Of a stretch of DNA of 64,000 nt, positions 16,499 to 27,351 are shown piece after piece (the stretch's first letter is position 1; every line of letters begins with the position of its first letter). The translations under genes were made by a program, and so were the position numbers. Location of the stretch: IMG/VR virus record IMGVR_UViG_3300002052_000002, positions 32,001 to 96,000 of that record; one strand, 5' to 3'. The DNA is from a virus. Under the pieces are notes generated by a model. That model was not told where the DNA came from. It worked only from the letters and a program-made list of their open reading frames with translations, and did not search any database.

Positions 16499-18082
16499 AT
16501 GGCAATTATGGTTGATCCCGATTATTTAAATGACGGGACAGAAATTATTATTACTCCAGCTAGTAAGACTGTGCAGCTAGTAGAAACTGGCAATCTGACG
16601 AGTGATGGAGTAACTATCAAATGTGTTTATTCGAAATTGAAGGAACTATGGAAAACGAATAATACATACATAAAGTATGCATTTCCTATGACTCCAATTA
16701 CGGACGAGCAGTTTGAAATGGTTAATGACTGGGATTGGGCAGATAGTACTACACGATACCTACTTAGAACTGGTGGGTGGGCTGTTAAGAATACTGGTGG
16801 AATTTCTACCGCAGAATGGTCTGGTATTGTAGGACTAGGTAGCCTTGAATCAGATGCTCAGGTATACTTTCAGCAAGGCTTAGCAGGAGCAGCAGGAAGT
16901 GCTGCATCTAATTTCCAATTAACAGGGCAAGTAAATCAGGCTATCCAAGTTTATGCATCTGGTGGGGATGATTTTAGATCATACTTAAAATTATTCTGTC
17001 GACATTGGGGATATTCGTTTGCTCAAGTTGAAATAGATGATATTGGTGTTTCAACTCTTACTTATCAGGCATATCGATTCCCATTGACTCATGTAGCAGA
17101 TCCTAAAGTTACTCAACCAATGTCAGCGATGTCTGCATCTCCATATACCGATATTAGTGCTGCTTGGTATTCGGCCGCTCAGCAAAGAGATATTGGAGGA
17201 ACAAATCGTGATTTCCACGTCATAATTGATGCTTCTGATGAAAACCTTGAAGATGCATATATGAGAATACAGTATTTATTGCTATCAGGTGGAAATATTA
17301 ATACTGGCGGAACTTATGGAACAGTAGTTGGAGACACAGCAGATCACCTGTTACATTTTACTGGAGACACTCTATATACAGAATTCTATTCTATTGAACC
17401 TACTGGTGGAACATATATAGATAATTTCCAAACTGATGACATCAATCGACTAATCTTTGTAGATGATACTGGAACAGAACGGCAATTCCCATATACTGCA
17501 GTCCTTACGCTTCAGTTTGGAGCTAATGTCTACGGCGATTCTAATTCTAAATATTGGGTATATTTTACGGATATTCCAAGTGGTAATTATGGAGATTCGG
17601 ATGCTTATTTAGTTAATACAGATAATTATGTTGCTACTGTTGCTAGAGCACGTAATTCTAATACCGCATACTTAACTGCAGCCAATGCTCATGGATTGTC
17701 TGCTGAGGATGGTATCGAAGTAGTGGATGTTGGTGGAGCTGGATATAATGGTGTATGGATAGTTTTAGATACTCCAAGTAACACTGAACTATCTTATGCT
17801 TGTACAGCTGGAGATGAAAGTTATACTGCTGATACTGATGGAACAATCTATGAGCAAATGGCTGGTAAAGTATGGGGACAATCCTCTGTTCAGAAATCAT
17901 TTGCCTATGATACTAATAGCCAGGGTGGAAGAACATCTGGTTCTAATGCAGACGTAACTGCGGTATCTATTGGCCTATCGTCTTCTCAGTTTGTTCTAGC
18001 AACTGGAACTATTCAGAGAAGTACTGCCAACTCGGTTTCATTGGTTTCGGCCTTGGAAAGAAACTACCAGAATCCTGCATAA
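16499..18082 (+). CDS. putative virion structural protein
   Basis: 527 aa; C-terminus RNYQNP resembles RQYTNP of the preceding gene. Confidence 0.7.
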   Translation: MAIMVDPDYLNDGTEIIITPASKTVQLVETGNLTSDGVTIKCVYSKLKELWKTNNTYIKYAFPMTPITDEQFEMVNDWDWADSTTRYLLRTGGWAVKNTGGISTAEWSGIVGLGSLESDAQVYFQQGLAGAAGSAASNFQLTGQVNQAIQVYASGGDDFRSYLKLFCRHWGYSFAQVEIDDIGVSTLTYQAYRFPLTHVADPKVTQPMSAMSASPYTDISAAWYSAAQQRDIGGTNRDFHVIIDASDENLEDAYMRIQYLLLSGGNINTGGTYGTVVGDTADHLLHFTGDTLYTEFYSIEPTGGTYIDNFQTDDINRLIFVDDTGTERQFPYTAVLTLQFGANVYGDSNSKYWVYFTDIPSGNYGDSDAYLVNTDNYVATVARARNSNTAYLTAANAHGLSAEDGIEVVDVGGAGYNGVWIVLDTPSNTELSYACTAGDESYTADTDGTIYEQMAGKVWGQSSVQKSFAYDTNSQGGRTSGSNADVTAVSIGLSSSQFVLATGTIQRSTANSVSLVSALERNYQNPA

Positions 18083-18095
18083 CTAGGAGGATGGC

Positions 18096-18548
18096 ATGGC
18101 GTATACTTTCGATGGTACTAATAAAATTATCACGTACTCTATTGGAACAACTGCAATAGATGTGAAAGATATCTATTCCAGATGGAAGAATTGGGTCCAA
18201 GATGAAGGAAGTATGTATCTAAAAGCTATAGATATTGTTGGTGGGGATCCAATTGATGAAATTAATGGGATTTATATTTCTACGTATGTATTTCTTATAA
18301 ATGGTTGGAGGATTCGGCCAGCAGAGGAGAATCATAAGGTAAAAGTACATAGTGGGATCCTACTGACTGATGTTGGAGAAAGTCCCTTTATCTCAACTGT
18401 AGGAAGTTATAATGTACTTGTAGAGTATTCACAGCCAGTTACTTCACAGACTGTAATGCTAGAAACGGGAATTAGTGGATTAACACAGGAAGAAAGTGAA
18501 CAGTTATTTAAAGCATTAACTACTGCAAAATTCTTGGCTTTGAAATAG
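18096..18548 (+). CDS. putative virion structural protein
   Basis: DIYSRWKNW resembles CVYSKLKELW in the N-terminus of the preceding gene. Confidence 0.7.
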   Translation: MAYTFDGTNKIITYSIGTTAIDVKDIYSRWKNWVQDEGSMYLKAIDIVGGDPIDEINGIYISTYVFLINGWRIRPAEENHKVKVHSGILLTDVGESPFISTVGSYNVLVEYSQPVTSQTVMLETGISGLTQEESEQLFKALTTAKFLALK

Positions 18549-18556
18549 GAGTACTG

Positions 18557-18916
18557 ATGAATTGGTTATATAATATATTATCTCCTAGAAATGAATTAGA
18601 ATCGATAGAAGCGATGCTGGTCCACAGATTACCAGAATTCTTATACACGTCAGTTCCTGATATAGCGTTTCCTGAGCCGACGACCAGTGAATTGTTAAAT
18701 AACTTGATTAGACATGATTTTATTATACATCCTTCGACAGGGAATGTTATGACCGCATGGGATGTTAATAAAGTAGTAAAAGATAATTTAAAAACTATCT
18801 CCCATAATATGGCTTTAGAGTCACAAGTTGTGGAGAAAATCAAACCTATTCTTACGCGAGGTCTTCTTCCGGAATACCAATCACCAGGATGGGCACGATT
18901 TCTAAGATATTTGTAG
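18557..18916 (+). CDS. hypothetical protein
   Basis: ORF track; AGGAG RBS. Confidence 0.65.
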   Translation: MNWLYNILSPRNELESIEAMLVHRLPEFLYTSVPDIAFPEPTTSELLNNLIRHDFIIHPSTGNVMTAWDVNKVVKDNLKTISHNMALESQVVEKIKPILTRGLLPEYQSPGWARFLRYL

Positions 18917-18927
18917 GAGGTTTAATA

Positions 18928-19137
18928 ATGCCGAAGAAGAGCGATAACGAAATGAATGGAGAACAATCATACATATCTAAGATTGAAAGTGCAGCTAGAA
19001 AAAAGATGTATGATTTTCTAGGGTGGAAGAAAGAACAAGGCCCAGAAGCTCCAAGGGCTTGGAGAGCAAGAAAAGAACAAGGTCCAGGATTCTGGGGAGC
19101 AGATATTGGAGTTTCAGAAGAGAAAAAGAAAAAGTAA
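18928..19137 (+). CDS. hypothetical protein
   Basis: AGGAGGT RBS. Confidence 0.6.
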   Translation: MPKKSDNEMNGEQSYISKIESAARKKMYDFLGWKKEQGPEAPRAWRARKEQGPGFWGADIGVSEEKKKK

Positions 19138-19147
19138 GGGGTAAATT

Positions 19148-20950
19148 ATGCCTATAATTGCTGCGCATCAAGGAATGATGTCCGACGTCCCATTGAAAGA
19201 GGATCCAGCTACACATATTGCTAACCTGTATCTATCTGGAAAACAGTGGCGTCAGGCAACGGAAGATAGGTGGAAGAGATTCTATAAACTCTACCGAAGT
19301 TATAGAGACGCAAGTTCCCATCCGTTTAAAAGTAACATCTTTGTTCCTTATATATTTTCTATTGTGGAAAGTTTAGTTCCAAAGATGTTGGGTACGGTAT
19401 TTAATACTAGGCCGATCATATCAATCCAGCCTAGAAAGGGAAGAACAGTTGGCCTCTGTAAGTTATTGGAATCATTACTGGAATATCAACTAGACGAAGA
19501 GCAATTAGAGTTCTTCTCTAAGATTTTGGAGTTCTTCAAAGAGACTTGTATTTATGGAACTGCATTCATGAAAGTAATTCCAAGATTTAATGATGATGAG
19601 TTAGTTTCTTTCAACTATATAGATTTAGAACCAATTGACCTATTTAATATATTTCCTGATTACCGTGCCAAATCGATACGGCGGATGAAATATATAATTC
19701 AGCTATCCTATATGGACTTGGATGAACTACAACATATGGAGAAACAAGGGTTCTACAAGAATGTAAAGGAAGTAGGAAATATATTAGAGGCTAATATGAA
19801 TATTGATGAGGCTAAACGACAAAGGTTGGCTTCAGTCGGAATCTTAGATGAGTATGGATTCGATGCACAGCGTAAAACAGTTGAAGTTTTAGAATATTGG
19901 GACAGAGATAAGATTTATGTAATCGGCGGAAGAAAAGTAATTCTTAAGGAAGAGGATAACCCATTTAGCGGCTTGTTGCCCTATATAATGGCAAGATATG
20001 TACCAGTTCAACACGAACTATATGGAATTGGAATCCCAGAAGTCGCAGAATCTTTACAAGAAGAACTTAATACTGTACGTAATCAGAGAATGGACAATGT
20101 TAATTTAATCATTAATCGAATGTTTGTTGCTCATAAATACGCAGACATTGACTTTGACCAATTAGTATCATATCCAGGAAATGTAATCTTAACTAATAAC
20201 ATGGATGCCGTAAAGCCTTTAGATACAAGAGACATTACCAAATCGGCCTACATGGAAGAAGAAATTATTAAGAGAGACATAGATAACGCTACTGGAGAAT
20301 TTGCTTATTCGCGAGGAGAAGCACCAGAAAGACGAGAAACAGCAACAGGAATAGTTAGACTGCAGCAAGCCGCTAATATTAGATTTGACACAATAGTGAA
20401 ATCATTAGAGTTTACTGTACTACGACATATCGCTAAGATGTTCTTATGGTTAGATTACCACTTCTTGTCACCAGAAGCGATGGCTAAAATTGTTGGGCAA
20501 GAAGAATTCATGAAGTATAATGGAATAGAGTTTTATAATCAGGATATAGAAGATGTTTTAAAGCAGTATAACTTCCAGCCTATGGGCTCCGCTACTACGG
20601 CTGTAAAAGAAGTACGAATCCAGCAAATGATGCAAGCCTATAGATTGTTTAATATGGATCCAATGATCAATCAGTTAGCATTAAGGAGAATGGTCCTTAG
20701 TGCATTGGAAATCAAGAATGAAGACGAATTACTTCAGCCACCTCCCATGATGGGACCAGGAGCAGGAATGCCTGGAATGATGGGGCCTGGACAAGCTGGT
20801 CCTGGCGGGGTACAAGCTCCAGCTCCTCCTCAAGCTCCGCAACCTGGTCAGAAGGCTATCCCAGCAGAACGGCAAATGGCCGAAATGATGAGGGTAGCTG
20901 GTGGTGGCCTTATCAAAGGAGGCCCGACGTTTCCTCAAAACGTGGGCTAA
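19148..20950 (+). CDS. portal protein (P22/SU10-like)
   Basis: 600 aa; IYGTAFMKV, ELYGIGI, NQRMDN and ETATGI motifs; position between terminase and capsid. Confidence 0.9.
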   Translation: MPIIAAHQGMMSDVPLKEDPATHIANLYLSGKQWRQATEDRWKRFYKLYRSYRDASSHPFKSNIFVPYIFSIVESLVPKMLGTVFNTRPIISIQPRKGRTVGLCKLLESLLEYQLDEEQLEFFSKILEFFKETCIYGTAFMKVIPRFNDDELVSFNYIDLEPIDLFNIFPDYRAKSIRRMKYIIQLSYMDLDELQHMEKQGFYKNVKEVGNILEANMNIDEAKRQRLASVGILDEYGFDAQRKTVEVLEYWDRDKIYVIGGRKVILKEEDNPFSGLLPYIMARYVPVQHELYGIGIPEVAESLQEELNTVRNQRMDNVNLIINRMFVAHKYADIDFDQLVSYPGNVILTNNMDAVKPLDTRDITKSAYMEEEIIKRDIDNATGEFAYSRGEAPERRETATGIVRLQQAANIRFDTIVKSLEFTVLRHIAKMFLWLDYHFLSPEAMAKIVGQEEFMKYNGIEFYNQDIEDVLKQYNFQPMGSATTAVKEVRIQQMMQAYRLFNMDPMINQLALRRMVLSALEIKNEDELLQPPPMMGPGAGMPGMMGPGQAGPGGVQAPAPPQAPQPGQKAIPAERQMAEMMRVAGGGLIKGGPTFPQNVG

Positions 20951-20964
20951 TATAGGAGACTAAT

Positions 20965-21282
20965 ATGCCAAAAAGCAGATTAGAAATGGTAATGGCTGAT
21001 GAAGCTACTAAAGTAGATGACTCAGCTAAACTACGGCAGCAAGCCGATGAATTTTATGCCTTGAAAGTCACGCTCGATAGTCGTGGCTGGAAAGAGATTA
21101 TTGGTAAGTATCTAGCAAACCGCCTAGATCTTAACAGATTTCTCCAAACTAAAACAACTCAAGAAAGGCACGAAATGTATGGTGCTCTTAACGAGGTGCA
21201 AGAATTTATAAGTTTCTTAGAACAGAAACTCAAAGATGGAGAAAAGGCAGTTATGGTACTTAACCGAAGGGAGGAAAAATGA
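20965..21282 (+). CDS. hypothetical head-module protein
   Basis: Small helical gene between portal and scaffold. Confidence 0.75.
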   Translation: MPKSRLEMVMADEATKVDDSAKLRQQADEFYALKVTLDSRGWKEIIGKYLANRLDLNRFLQTKTTQERHEMYGALNEVQEFISFLEQKLKDGEKAVMVLNRREEK

Positions 21283-22379
21283 GTAAAACAATGGACGACT
21301 TACAAAGTCAAGTTAACGACATGCAGATGGGTCTAACTTCGGACGACGATCTGCAAGCCCTGTTCGATGGTCTACCAGAAGTGGGAACGACTGAACCCGT
21401 ACAGGCTGCTTCGGCGGGAGATAATCCGCCAACACCTCCGGCCCCTGAGCCAACCCCTGCTCCTGCGCCAGCTCCGGCCCCACAGCCGACGCCTGCGCCG
21501 AAGCCAGAACCTACTCCGGCACCAACGCCGGATCCGACCCAGGGAAAACCGCCCGTTTCTGATGTGCCTGACAAATTCAGAGACGTGGATGTGCAAGCTT
21601 CATTGAATAAAGCCGTAAAATCGTATGAGGAATTAGAAGCTCGGCACGCAGCTCAAGAAAAAGAGCTAGCAAATTTGAGGAAACTAGTTGGTCAATTGAC
21701 TACTGGTACTACTCCTCAGCCGACTCCTAGCGTACCTACACAGGTTCCGGTAGCGACACCGACAGTAGTGGACGAGGAAATTCCCGATTCGGATTACTTC
21801 GAAAAACCCAATGAAGCTGTAGGCAAAAAGGTCCTTCAGGATCTTAATAAATATGCTCCTGAATTGATCGCTAAGAAGATCATGGAGTATCACGATTGGA
21901 ATACCCGCCAGATGATACTTCGAGATTTTCGAAGGGAACATCCAGATTTCGATAATTATGTTCAGGATATTCTACAAATCGCTCAGGCTCGGCCTGATAT
22001 AGATAGATTACCTCCTGATCAATCATTGCCTATGTTATATGATTTAGCTAAAGAAAGAGCTAGATTAAAACTTGAGACAATGAAGAGAGATCTAGGTATT
22101 CCTGAGATAACGCCTGCGCCTCAACCTGCACCAGCCCCCGCACCTTCAACAGAAGAGATAGCGAAGATGGTTCAGGCTAGGTTGATCGAAGAAATCAATC
22201 GACGAAGACGCGCTTCAGGCATCACTGGAGCAGAAGGAACGCCCCCTGTGAATCCACAGGATAGAGCAACTCCGGCTCCGAAACCACAAGAGAAAACCTA
22301 CGGTGAAGAGGTTTTCGATAGAATGATGGCTACTAAACCAAAGCATCCTGATGATATATTGGGAACTGCGAGGTTATAA
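21279..22379 (+). CDS. capsid scaffolding protein
   Basis: Pro-Ala-Thr repeats, VPDKFR...KSYEELE coiled coil; directly before the capsid gene. Confidence 0.8.
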   Translation: MSKTMDDLQSQVNDMQMGLTSDDDLQALFDGLPEVGTTEPVQAASAGDNPPTPPAPEPTPAPAPAPAPQPTPAPKPEPTPAPTPDPTQGKPPVSDVPDKFRDVDVQASLNKAVKSYEELEARHAAQEKELANLRKLVGQLTTGTTPQPTPSVPTQVPVATPTVVDEEIPDSDYFEKPNEAVGKKVLQDLNKYAPELIAKKIMEYHDWNTRQMILRDFRREHPDFDNYVQDILQIAQARPDIDRLPPDQSLPMLYDLAKERARLKLETMKRDLGIPEITPAPQPAPAPAPSTEEIAKMVQARLIEEINRRRRASGITGAEGTPPVNPQDRATPAPKPQEKTYGEEVFDRMMATKPKHPDDILGTARL

Positions 22380-22423
22380 GCTATCACTTGCACATTTTAT
22401 AAAGAGGAGGTGCTTCATAGACT

Positions 22424-23611
22424 ATGGCAGTGACCGTTATTTCTGGTGCAACCGGAAGTTTAGGAACTAATGCTATTTTAGCAGCTCAGAAAGTTGTTGA
22501 CATTAGCGATAAGATCTACTTACTGGAACCCAACGCGGCTCCTTTATATGTTCTTGTTTCTAAGTTAGGGAAAGACGTTACTATCAATCCAGCTTTTAGT
22601 TGGTTGGAAGACGAGCTTCAGCCCTCTTGGACAACTCTTGCAGTTTCAGCAGCAGCAGGCGATGGCACTCTGACGGCGTCTAACGGATACGTTAATAAAT
22701 TTGATCTGTTGAAAGTCCCTTCTACGGGCGAGGTTATGCTTGCTCATACAGTGTCTTCGACAGCAGTTCAGGTTTATCGTGCGTACGGTACGACAATCGC
22801 AGCGTGCGCTGATGCTGGTGTTGATATCCTAATTCTTGGTCCAGCTTTTGCAGAAGGTTCTCTTGGAACAGACCTTGCAACCGTAACAACCCAGACAAAT
22901 GAGGTATGGAATTATACTCAGTTGTTTAGAAAGTCCTGCGAAGTAACTCGTACATTGGCTAATACCGAGCTCTATGGTGGGCCCGAAAGGAACAACCAGA
23001 GGAGAAAGAAAGGTATCGAGCTTATGCGAGATTTCGAAAGGATGTTCTTGTTCGGCGAAGGACTCCAAGATACTGGTGCTGGTAAAGACACTAACCTAAC
23101 CCATGCGCGTAGGACAATGAGAGGAGTAGATTCTTTTATTGCTTCTAATGCGACTGCGGCAGGCGGAGTTCTTACCGAATCAGAATTTGAGGCTTTCTTG
23201 CGAACCGTATTTCGGTACGGCGGATCATCCAGGTATTTGTTCTGCGCTCCCCTGATCCTTTCAGTGATCAGCCAGTGGGCACAGGGTAAACTCCAGATGT
23301 TCCCTAAGGACAAGAGTTATGGTGTTGCTATTACTCAGTATCTGTCTCCTCAGGGCTCAGTGAATTTGATTCGTGAGTTCATGTTGGAGAATGCTGGTGG
23401 AGTTTCTAGTGTTTCCTACTATGGCGGATATGCCTTTGCACTCGCTCTAGAAGAGATCAGGTATCGTTACCTGCAGAACAGAGATGTTCAGCTTGAAACT
23501 GATATCCAGGCTCCTGGGGACGATTCGTTCAAAGATCAGTATATCTGCGAAGTTAGTATGGAATTTCGTCAGCAGAGAATGCACGGAAAACTTACTGGCG
23601 TGACTGGTTAA
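22424..23611 (+). CDS. major capsid protein (SU10/DUF5309-like)
   Basis: FSWLEDEL, NYTQLFRK, ERMFLFG, RTMRGV and C-terminal HGKLTG motifs. Confidence 0.9.
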   Translation: MAVTVISGATGSLGTNAILAAQKVVDISDKIYLLEPNAAPLYVLVSKLGKDVTINPAFSWLEDELQPSWTTLAVSAAAGDGTLTASNGYVNKFDLLKVPSTGEVMLAHTVSSTAVQVYRAYGTTIAACADAGVDILILGPAFAEGSLGTDLATVTTQTNEVWNYTQLFRKSCEVTRTLANTELYGGPERNNQRRKKGIELMRDFERMFLFGEGLQDTGAGKDTNLTHARRTMRGVDSFIASNATAAGGVLTESEFEAFLRTVFRYGGSSRYLFCAPLILSVISQWAQGKLQMFPKDKSYGVAITQYLSPQGSVNLIREFMLENAGGVSSVSYYGGYAFALALEEIRYRYLQNRDVQLETDIQAPGDDSFKDQYICEVSMEFRQQRMHGKLTGVTG

Positions 23612-23711
23612 TTCTAGTTATTCCAAGTTTTCTTTAGCATAGATACTATAGATTTATTGCTCCATTAGCGAAAGGGCGTCTAATGGATGAATATAGATGG
23701 AGGTGGAGCTG

Positions 23712-24128
23712 ATGTCAAAACCCACGGAAGTTCATGACCCTTTACTTATTTATATTGCTGCTGCATTAGACATTGCTGGTAGCATAAGAATTGAAGTACC
23801 TAGGAAAACTGGAGAAGACAAAGGAGCATCCCTTTTAGTATGGATTCAATCAAAGAAATTCAAATTGATGGAATTATTACAAAGGAGAGGAGCTTTTGTT
23901 ACTCCTGTATCTGATGGACAATTTAGAGGAAAATGGAAGGATAAGAAAGCAGCAAGACTGCTTAGGCAATTATTGCCTTATCTCCATTTAAGAAGAGAAC
24001 AAGCAAAGATTGGGGTAGAGTTCATGGATGAAAGAGAACTGAACCCGACCGAACATACCGATGCGATATACCGTCTCAGGCTTAAGCTACAAAAGAAAGC
24101 GGATGAAGAGGACGGAAAGGAGAGATAA
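23712..24128 (+). CDS. degenerate LAGLIDADG homing-endonuclease-like protein
   Basis: YIAAALDIAGSI; LLPYLHLRREQAKI. Confidence 0.7.
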   Translation: MSKPTEVHDPLLIYIAAALDIAGSIRIEVPRKTGEDKGASLLVWIQSKKFKLMELLQRRGAFVTPVSDGQFRGKWKDKKAARLLRQLLPYLHLRREQAKIGVEFMDERELNPTEHTDAIYRLRLKLQKKADEEDGKER

Positions 24129-24130
24129 AT

Positions 24131-24652
24131 ATGGCTATATTTGCAAGTAGAATGAGAAGTCTAGTAGTGATTTTAGTTCCAACTGAAACTGTCCTAGACG
24201 AGCTTAGACGACCCATGACTATTAAAGGTAAGAAAGCTACCTTTGCTAATGGTCGATATAAAACTGATGACCCGAAAGAAATTGAGATGTTAAGAAATCA
24301 TGCACAGTTTAATATTGAATTTTTTGAGGTCACAGATGAAGCAAAAAGGATTAAAGAATTCCATGAAACTAAAGTTATTCATGGTGCATTAGGTGCTGGC
24401 CCAAAAGTGGAGGGAGATATAGCTCCTCCAGCGATTCCGAGTTTAAAAGAAGAAATTTTGGCAGCAGTTGATGTTAAAATAACCAACGTAATGGGACAGA
24501 TTTTGTCAGCCATTGAAGGGATGCCAAAGCCCGCAGCTGATGAGCCTGTAAAACCCAAGAAAATATTTACGTGCCCTATCTGCAAAGAGCCTTTCCCAAG
24601 TGGTATTGCAGTTGGGAAGCACAAGAAAGAGGCACATCCTGAGGTGAGTTAA
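24131..24652 (+). CDS. protein with C-terminal C2H2 zinc finger
   Basis: CPICKEPF...HKKEAH. Confidence 0.75.
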   Translation: MAIFASRMRSLVVILVPTETVLDELRRPMTIKGKKATFANGRYKTDDPKEIEMLRNHAQFNIEFFEVTDEAKRIKEFHETKVIHGALGAGPKVEGDIAPPAIPSLKEEILAAVDVKITNVMGQILSAIEGMPKPAADEPVKPKKIFTCPICKEPFPSGIAVGKHKKEAHPEVS

Positions 24653-24655
24653 ACT

Positions 24656-25378
24656 TTGAATTTTAGTACTCTAAAAGAACGAGTTACGGAGTATCTTGAA
24701 GATCGTACAGATACTGATTTTCAGATTAAAGTTGGTAACTGGATTAATGATACTCGGAAGGACTTGGCCCTAGAGTATGAATTTGATTACCTGTATGTGG
24801 AGGCAACCTATTCCACGAGCGCGGGCTCGGCGGAGTACGCGTTGCCTTCTAGTTTTATAGGTCTAGAAGACGTATGGGTAGGGACCAAGAAATTAGAGAG
24901 ATTATATCTTCCTGAGAGAGATGTGCTTTCTCCAACTGATGTTGATAGCCCTTCTGGAGAGACTTTCTTACTACCAATAGAACAGGGATTAAGTGGAGAC
25001 AGCAACCAGTCGATTCCAGATTATTATATAATTAGAGGCTTTGCACTTGAGCTATGGCCCGTCCCTGATGCTGCATATACTCTGAAGATTAAGTATTATG
25101 CACAGCCTACAGATTTTACTTTAGATGCAGACTACGATCATATTTCAAATTTCCATTTTGATGCCGTGATTTGGGGAGCTGCATTGCGTGGAGCCATATA
25201 CTTAGATGATAATGATAAGATTCAAAAATACGAAGGGTATTATCAGAAGGCCATAGAGAAGATGATAATGAAAGAGAAAAAGAGAGTGGCTAAAGATCAG
25301 CGCCCAAGAATGAAGACTTTCAAAGATTTCTATCTGCCTACATTTAAACGTATGACGAAGATGATACCAATAGAATAA
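24656..25378 (+). CDS. head-tail adaptor (tail tubular A-like)
   Basis: WINDT, EYALPSSF, LELWPVPDAAY motifs and position. Confidence 0.8.
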   Translation: MNFSTLKERVTEYLEDRTDTDFQIKVGNWINDTRKDLALEYEFDYLYVEATYSTSAGSAEYALPSSFIGLEDVWVGTKKLERLYLPERDVLSPTDVDSPSGETFLLPIEQGLSGDSNQSIPDYYIIRGFALELWPVPDAAYTLKIKYYAQPTDFTLDADYDHISNFHFDAVIWGAALRGAIYLDDNDKIQKYEGYYQKAIEKMIMKEKKRVAKDQRPRMKTFKDFYLPTFKRMTKMIPIE

Positions 25379-25388
25379 GGGATCTGTA

Positions 25389-26513
25389 ATGGGATTTAAA
25401 GAAGATTTTGAAAACCTTAAACAGGAAATTTCAGGATTACAAGAAAAAGTAGAGAAATTTCGTAAGCTATCTTATACATATGCTAACATGGATAGCATAC
25501 AAGAATTATATAATAAGATATTAGTCGCTCCGATAATAACTGATTTCTCTTACGCTAAACATTCGTCTATTCATGGTAGTGGTGGGATTGACCCATTAGA
25601 TCATGGTACTTTAGATGGGTTAACTGATGATGATCATCCACAATACTCATTAGTGGATGCAACTAGAGCCTTCACTGGAGCCTTAACTGGTACTAGCGGT
25701 TATTTCGCTACATCAGTTAGTGCTGATGCTTTTGATGGCGGAGTAATGGCTACGCGTGTGAATAGTGGATCAGATACGGCGCGTAGACCTAGATTCAACT
25801 TTATAGAAGGGGATTATATCTCCATTGTAGCTACAGACAATCCTGCTGGTGATGAGACTAATATAACTATTGGAGCAGATGCTCAAGGTTTTGATCCCAC
25901 AAGCTATGCAGAATTTTATGATGATTTCATGTCCATTAATGGTGTTGCATCCCCAGTTATCTCTGATAAACCTTGGATTTTTATAGGAGTATATGGATGG
26001 TCTGAAGACAATAATGGGGTTATACTTATTCGATCAGATGCAACAAATAGAGGACATTTTAGTCAATCTGATGGTAGTGGTACTTTCGCAAAAACTTGGA
26101 TATATTCTCTTAATCCAACTTTTATTTCTCGCATTGCTCAACTTGGAGCTAGTGCGAGCACTCGAAGACTAGGACTCGTTGATGCTACTCTAAATACGGC
26201 GGCTGAACCAGATAATGGGATTTATTTCAGATTTACAGTAGATGGGAATTACATAGCTGTTTGCAGATCAGGTGGATCTGAAGATACTATTGATACAAAC
26301 GTAGCCGCTGCTGACGGAACTTTCAATATATTGAAATTCGTTGTATCTGGAGATGGAACATCGGTTGAATTTTTCGTAGATGGAGTTTCCAAAGGAAGCA
26401 TAACTAATTACATCCCAACAGTTATATTAGGAATTAGTTTTGGAAGTAATACCACAGGAACAGGTAGAGGAGTATATATAGATTTTGTTCATGTTAGACA
26501 GGATAGATCATGA
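25389..26513 (+). CDS. putative tail fibre/appendage protein
   Basis: DHGTLDGLTDDDHPQY motif; C-terminal lectin-like domain FYDDF...IDFV. Confidence 0.7.
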   Translation: MGFKEDFENLKQEISGLQEKVEKFRKLSYTYANMDSIQELYNKILVAPIITDFSYAKHSSIHGSGGIDPLDHGTLDGLTDDDHPQYSLVDATRAFTGALTGTSGYFATSVSADAFDGGVMATRVNSGSDTARRPRFNFIEGDYISIVATDNPAGDETNITIGADAQGFDPTSYAEFYDDFMSINGVASPVISDKPWIFIGVYGWSEDNNGVILIRSDATNRGHFSQSDGSGTFAKTWIYSLNPTFISRIAQLGASASTRRLGLVDATLNTAAEPDNGIYFRFTVDGNYIAVCRSGGSEDTIDTNVAAADGTFNILKFVVSGDGTSVEFFVDGVSKGSITNYIPTVILGISFGSNTTGTGRGVYIDFVHVRQDRS

Positions 26514-26634
26514 CAATCATTCCAACAAAACTGTGTTTGCTACGACGAGGAGAAATATGCACTAATTGTGGTGCCTGCGAGTCGTGGTGGAATGATACAT
26601 GGTGTGATGTTTCGTATAAGGAGAAAAAGAAATA

Positions 26635-27351
26635 ATGGCATGGTTAGCATACTGGCCAACAGAAAGCGTAGAAGTAAGTGGTAGTACAACCCAAATAAGA
26701 GCTAATTGGGCCGCGATGCAAGCATGGTGGGAAGTGGAACATGTTAGTATAGCCAGTGCTTCTTCAGGAGCAGGGCAACATTTAGCTGGGACTGTTGGAT
26801 TTGTAATTTGGGGAGACTTCTCTGCCCTTCCAAGTACCGCTGCAACGGGAGCCCTCGCTTATACTGATATTGGATTCTTTATATACACCCCCAACGATGC
26901 ATGGGACTCGATAACAGAGACTTATTGGTCCAGAATTAGACAAAGTAATTTAGATTATCTTAATACATCTTATAATGATTTAGTAATACCAGCAAGTACT
27001 TGGACTAAAATGGCGATGAGTGCAACTAGCTCTCATCTTATATATGATTCAATGTCCGAGTATTCAACAGCGGCCAATAGGTGGACAGCGAAAGAAGAAG
27101 GATTTTATATGGTTATAGGAAATATCGTATTTCCTGATGCGGAGACTAATTATCAAAAGGCCGCAGCTATTTCACAAAATGGTGCTGCAGTTGCGGTTGG
27201 AAGAAAATATGGATCTCCAGTAAAGTCGGTACTAGTAAAAGATGTCCTGTATATTGATACTGGAGATTATTTAGAATTATATGGATGGCATAATCATACA
27301 GCAGCAGTAACTGCTGATGCCGCTACATTAATGATACAAAGGGTGAGCTAA
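26635..27351 (+). CDS. tail fibre-like protein, paralog 1 (C1q-like C-terminus)
   Basis: Shared N-terminal N..A...EH...G.H..G motif; WTAKEEGFY...GDYLELY. Confidence 0.7.
   Translation: MAWLAYWPTESVEVSGSTTQIRANWAAMQAWWEVEHVSIASASSGAGQHLAGTVGFVIWGDFSALPSTAATGALAYTDIGFFIYTPNDAWDSITETYWSRIRQSNLDYLNTSYNDLVIPASTWTKMAMSATSSHLIYDSMSEYSTAANRWTAKEEGFYMVIGNIVFPDAETNYQKAAAISQNGAAVAVGRKYGSPVKSVLVKDVLYIDTGDYLELYGWHNHTAAVTADAATLMIQRVS

Noticed and set aside
21430-21545. Tandem-looking GC-rich repeats
   Set aside because: Encode the Pro-Ala-Thr linker of the scaffold protein; not a CRISPR array or DNA-level repeat.
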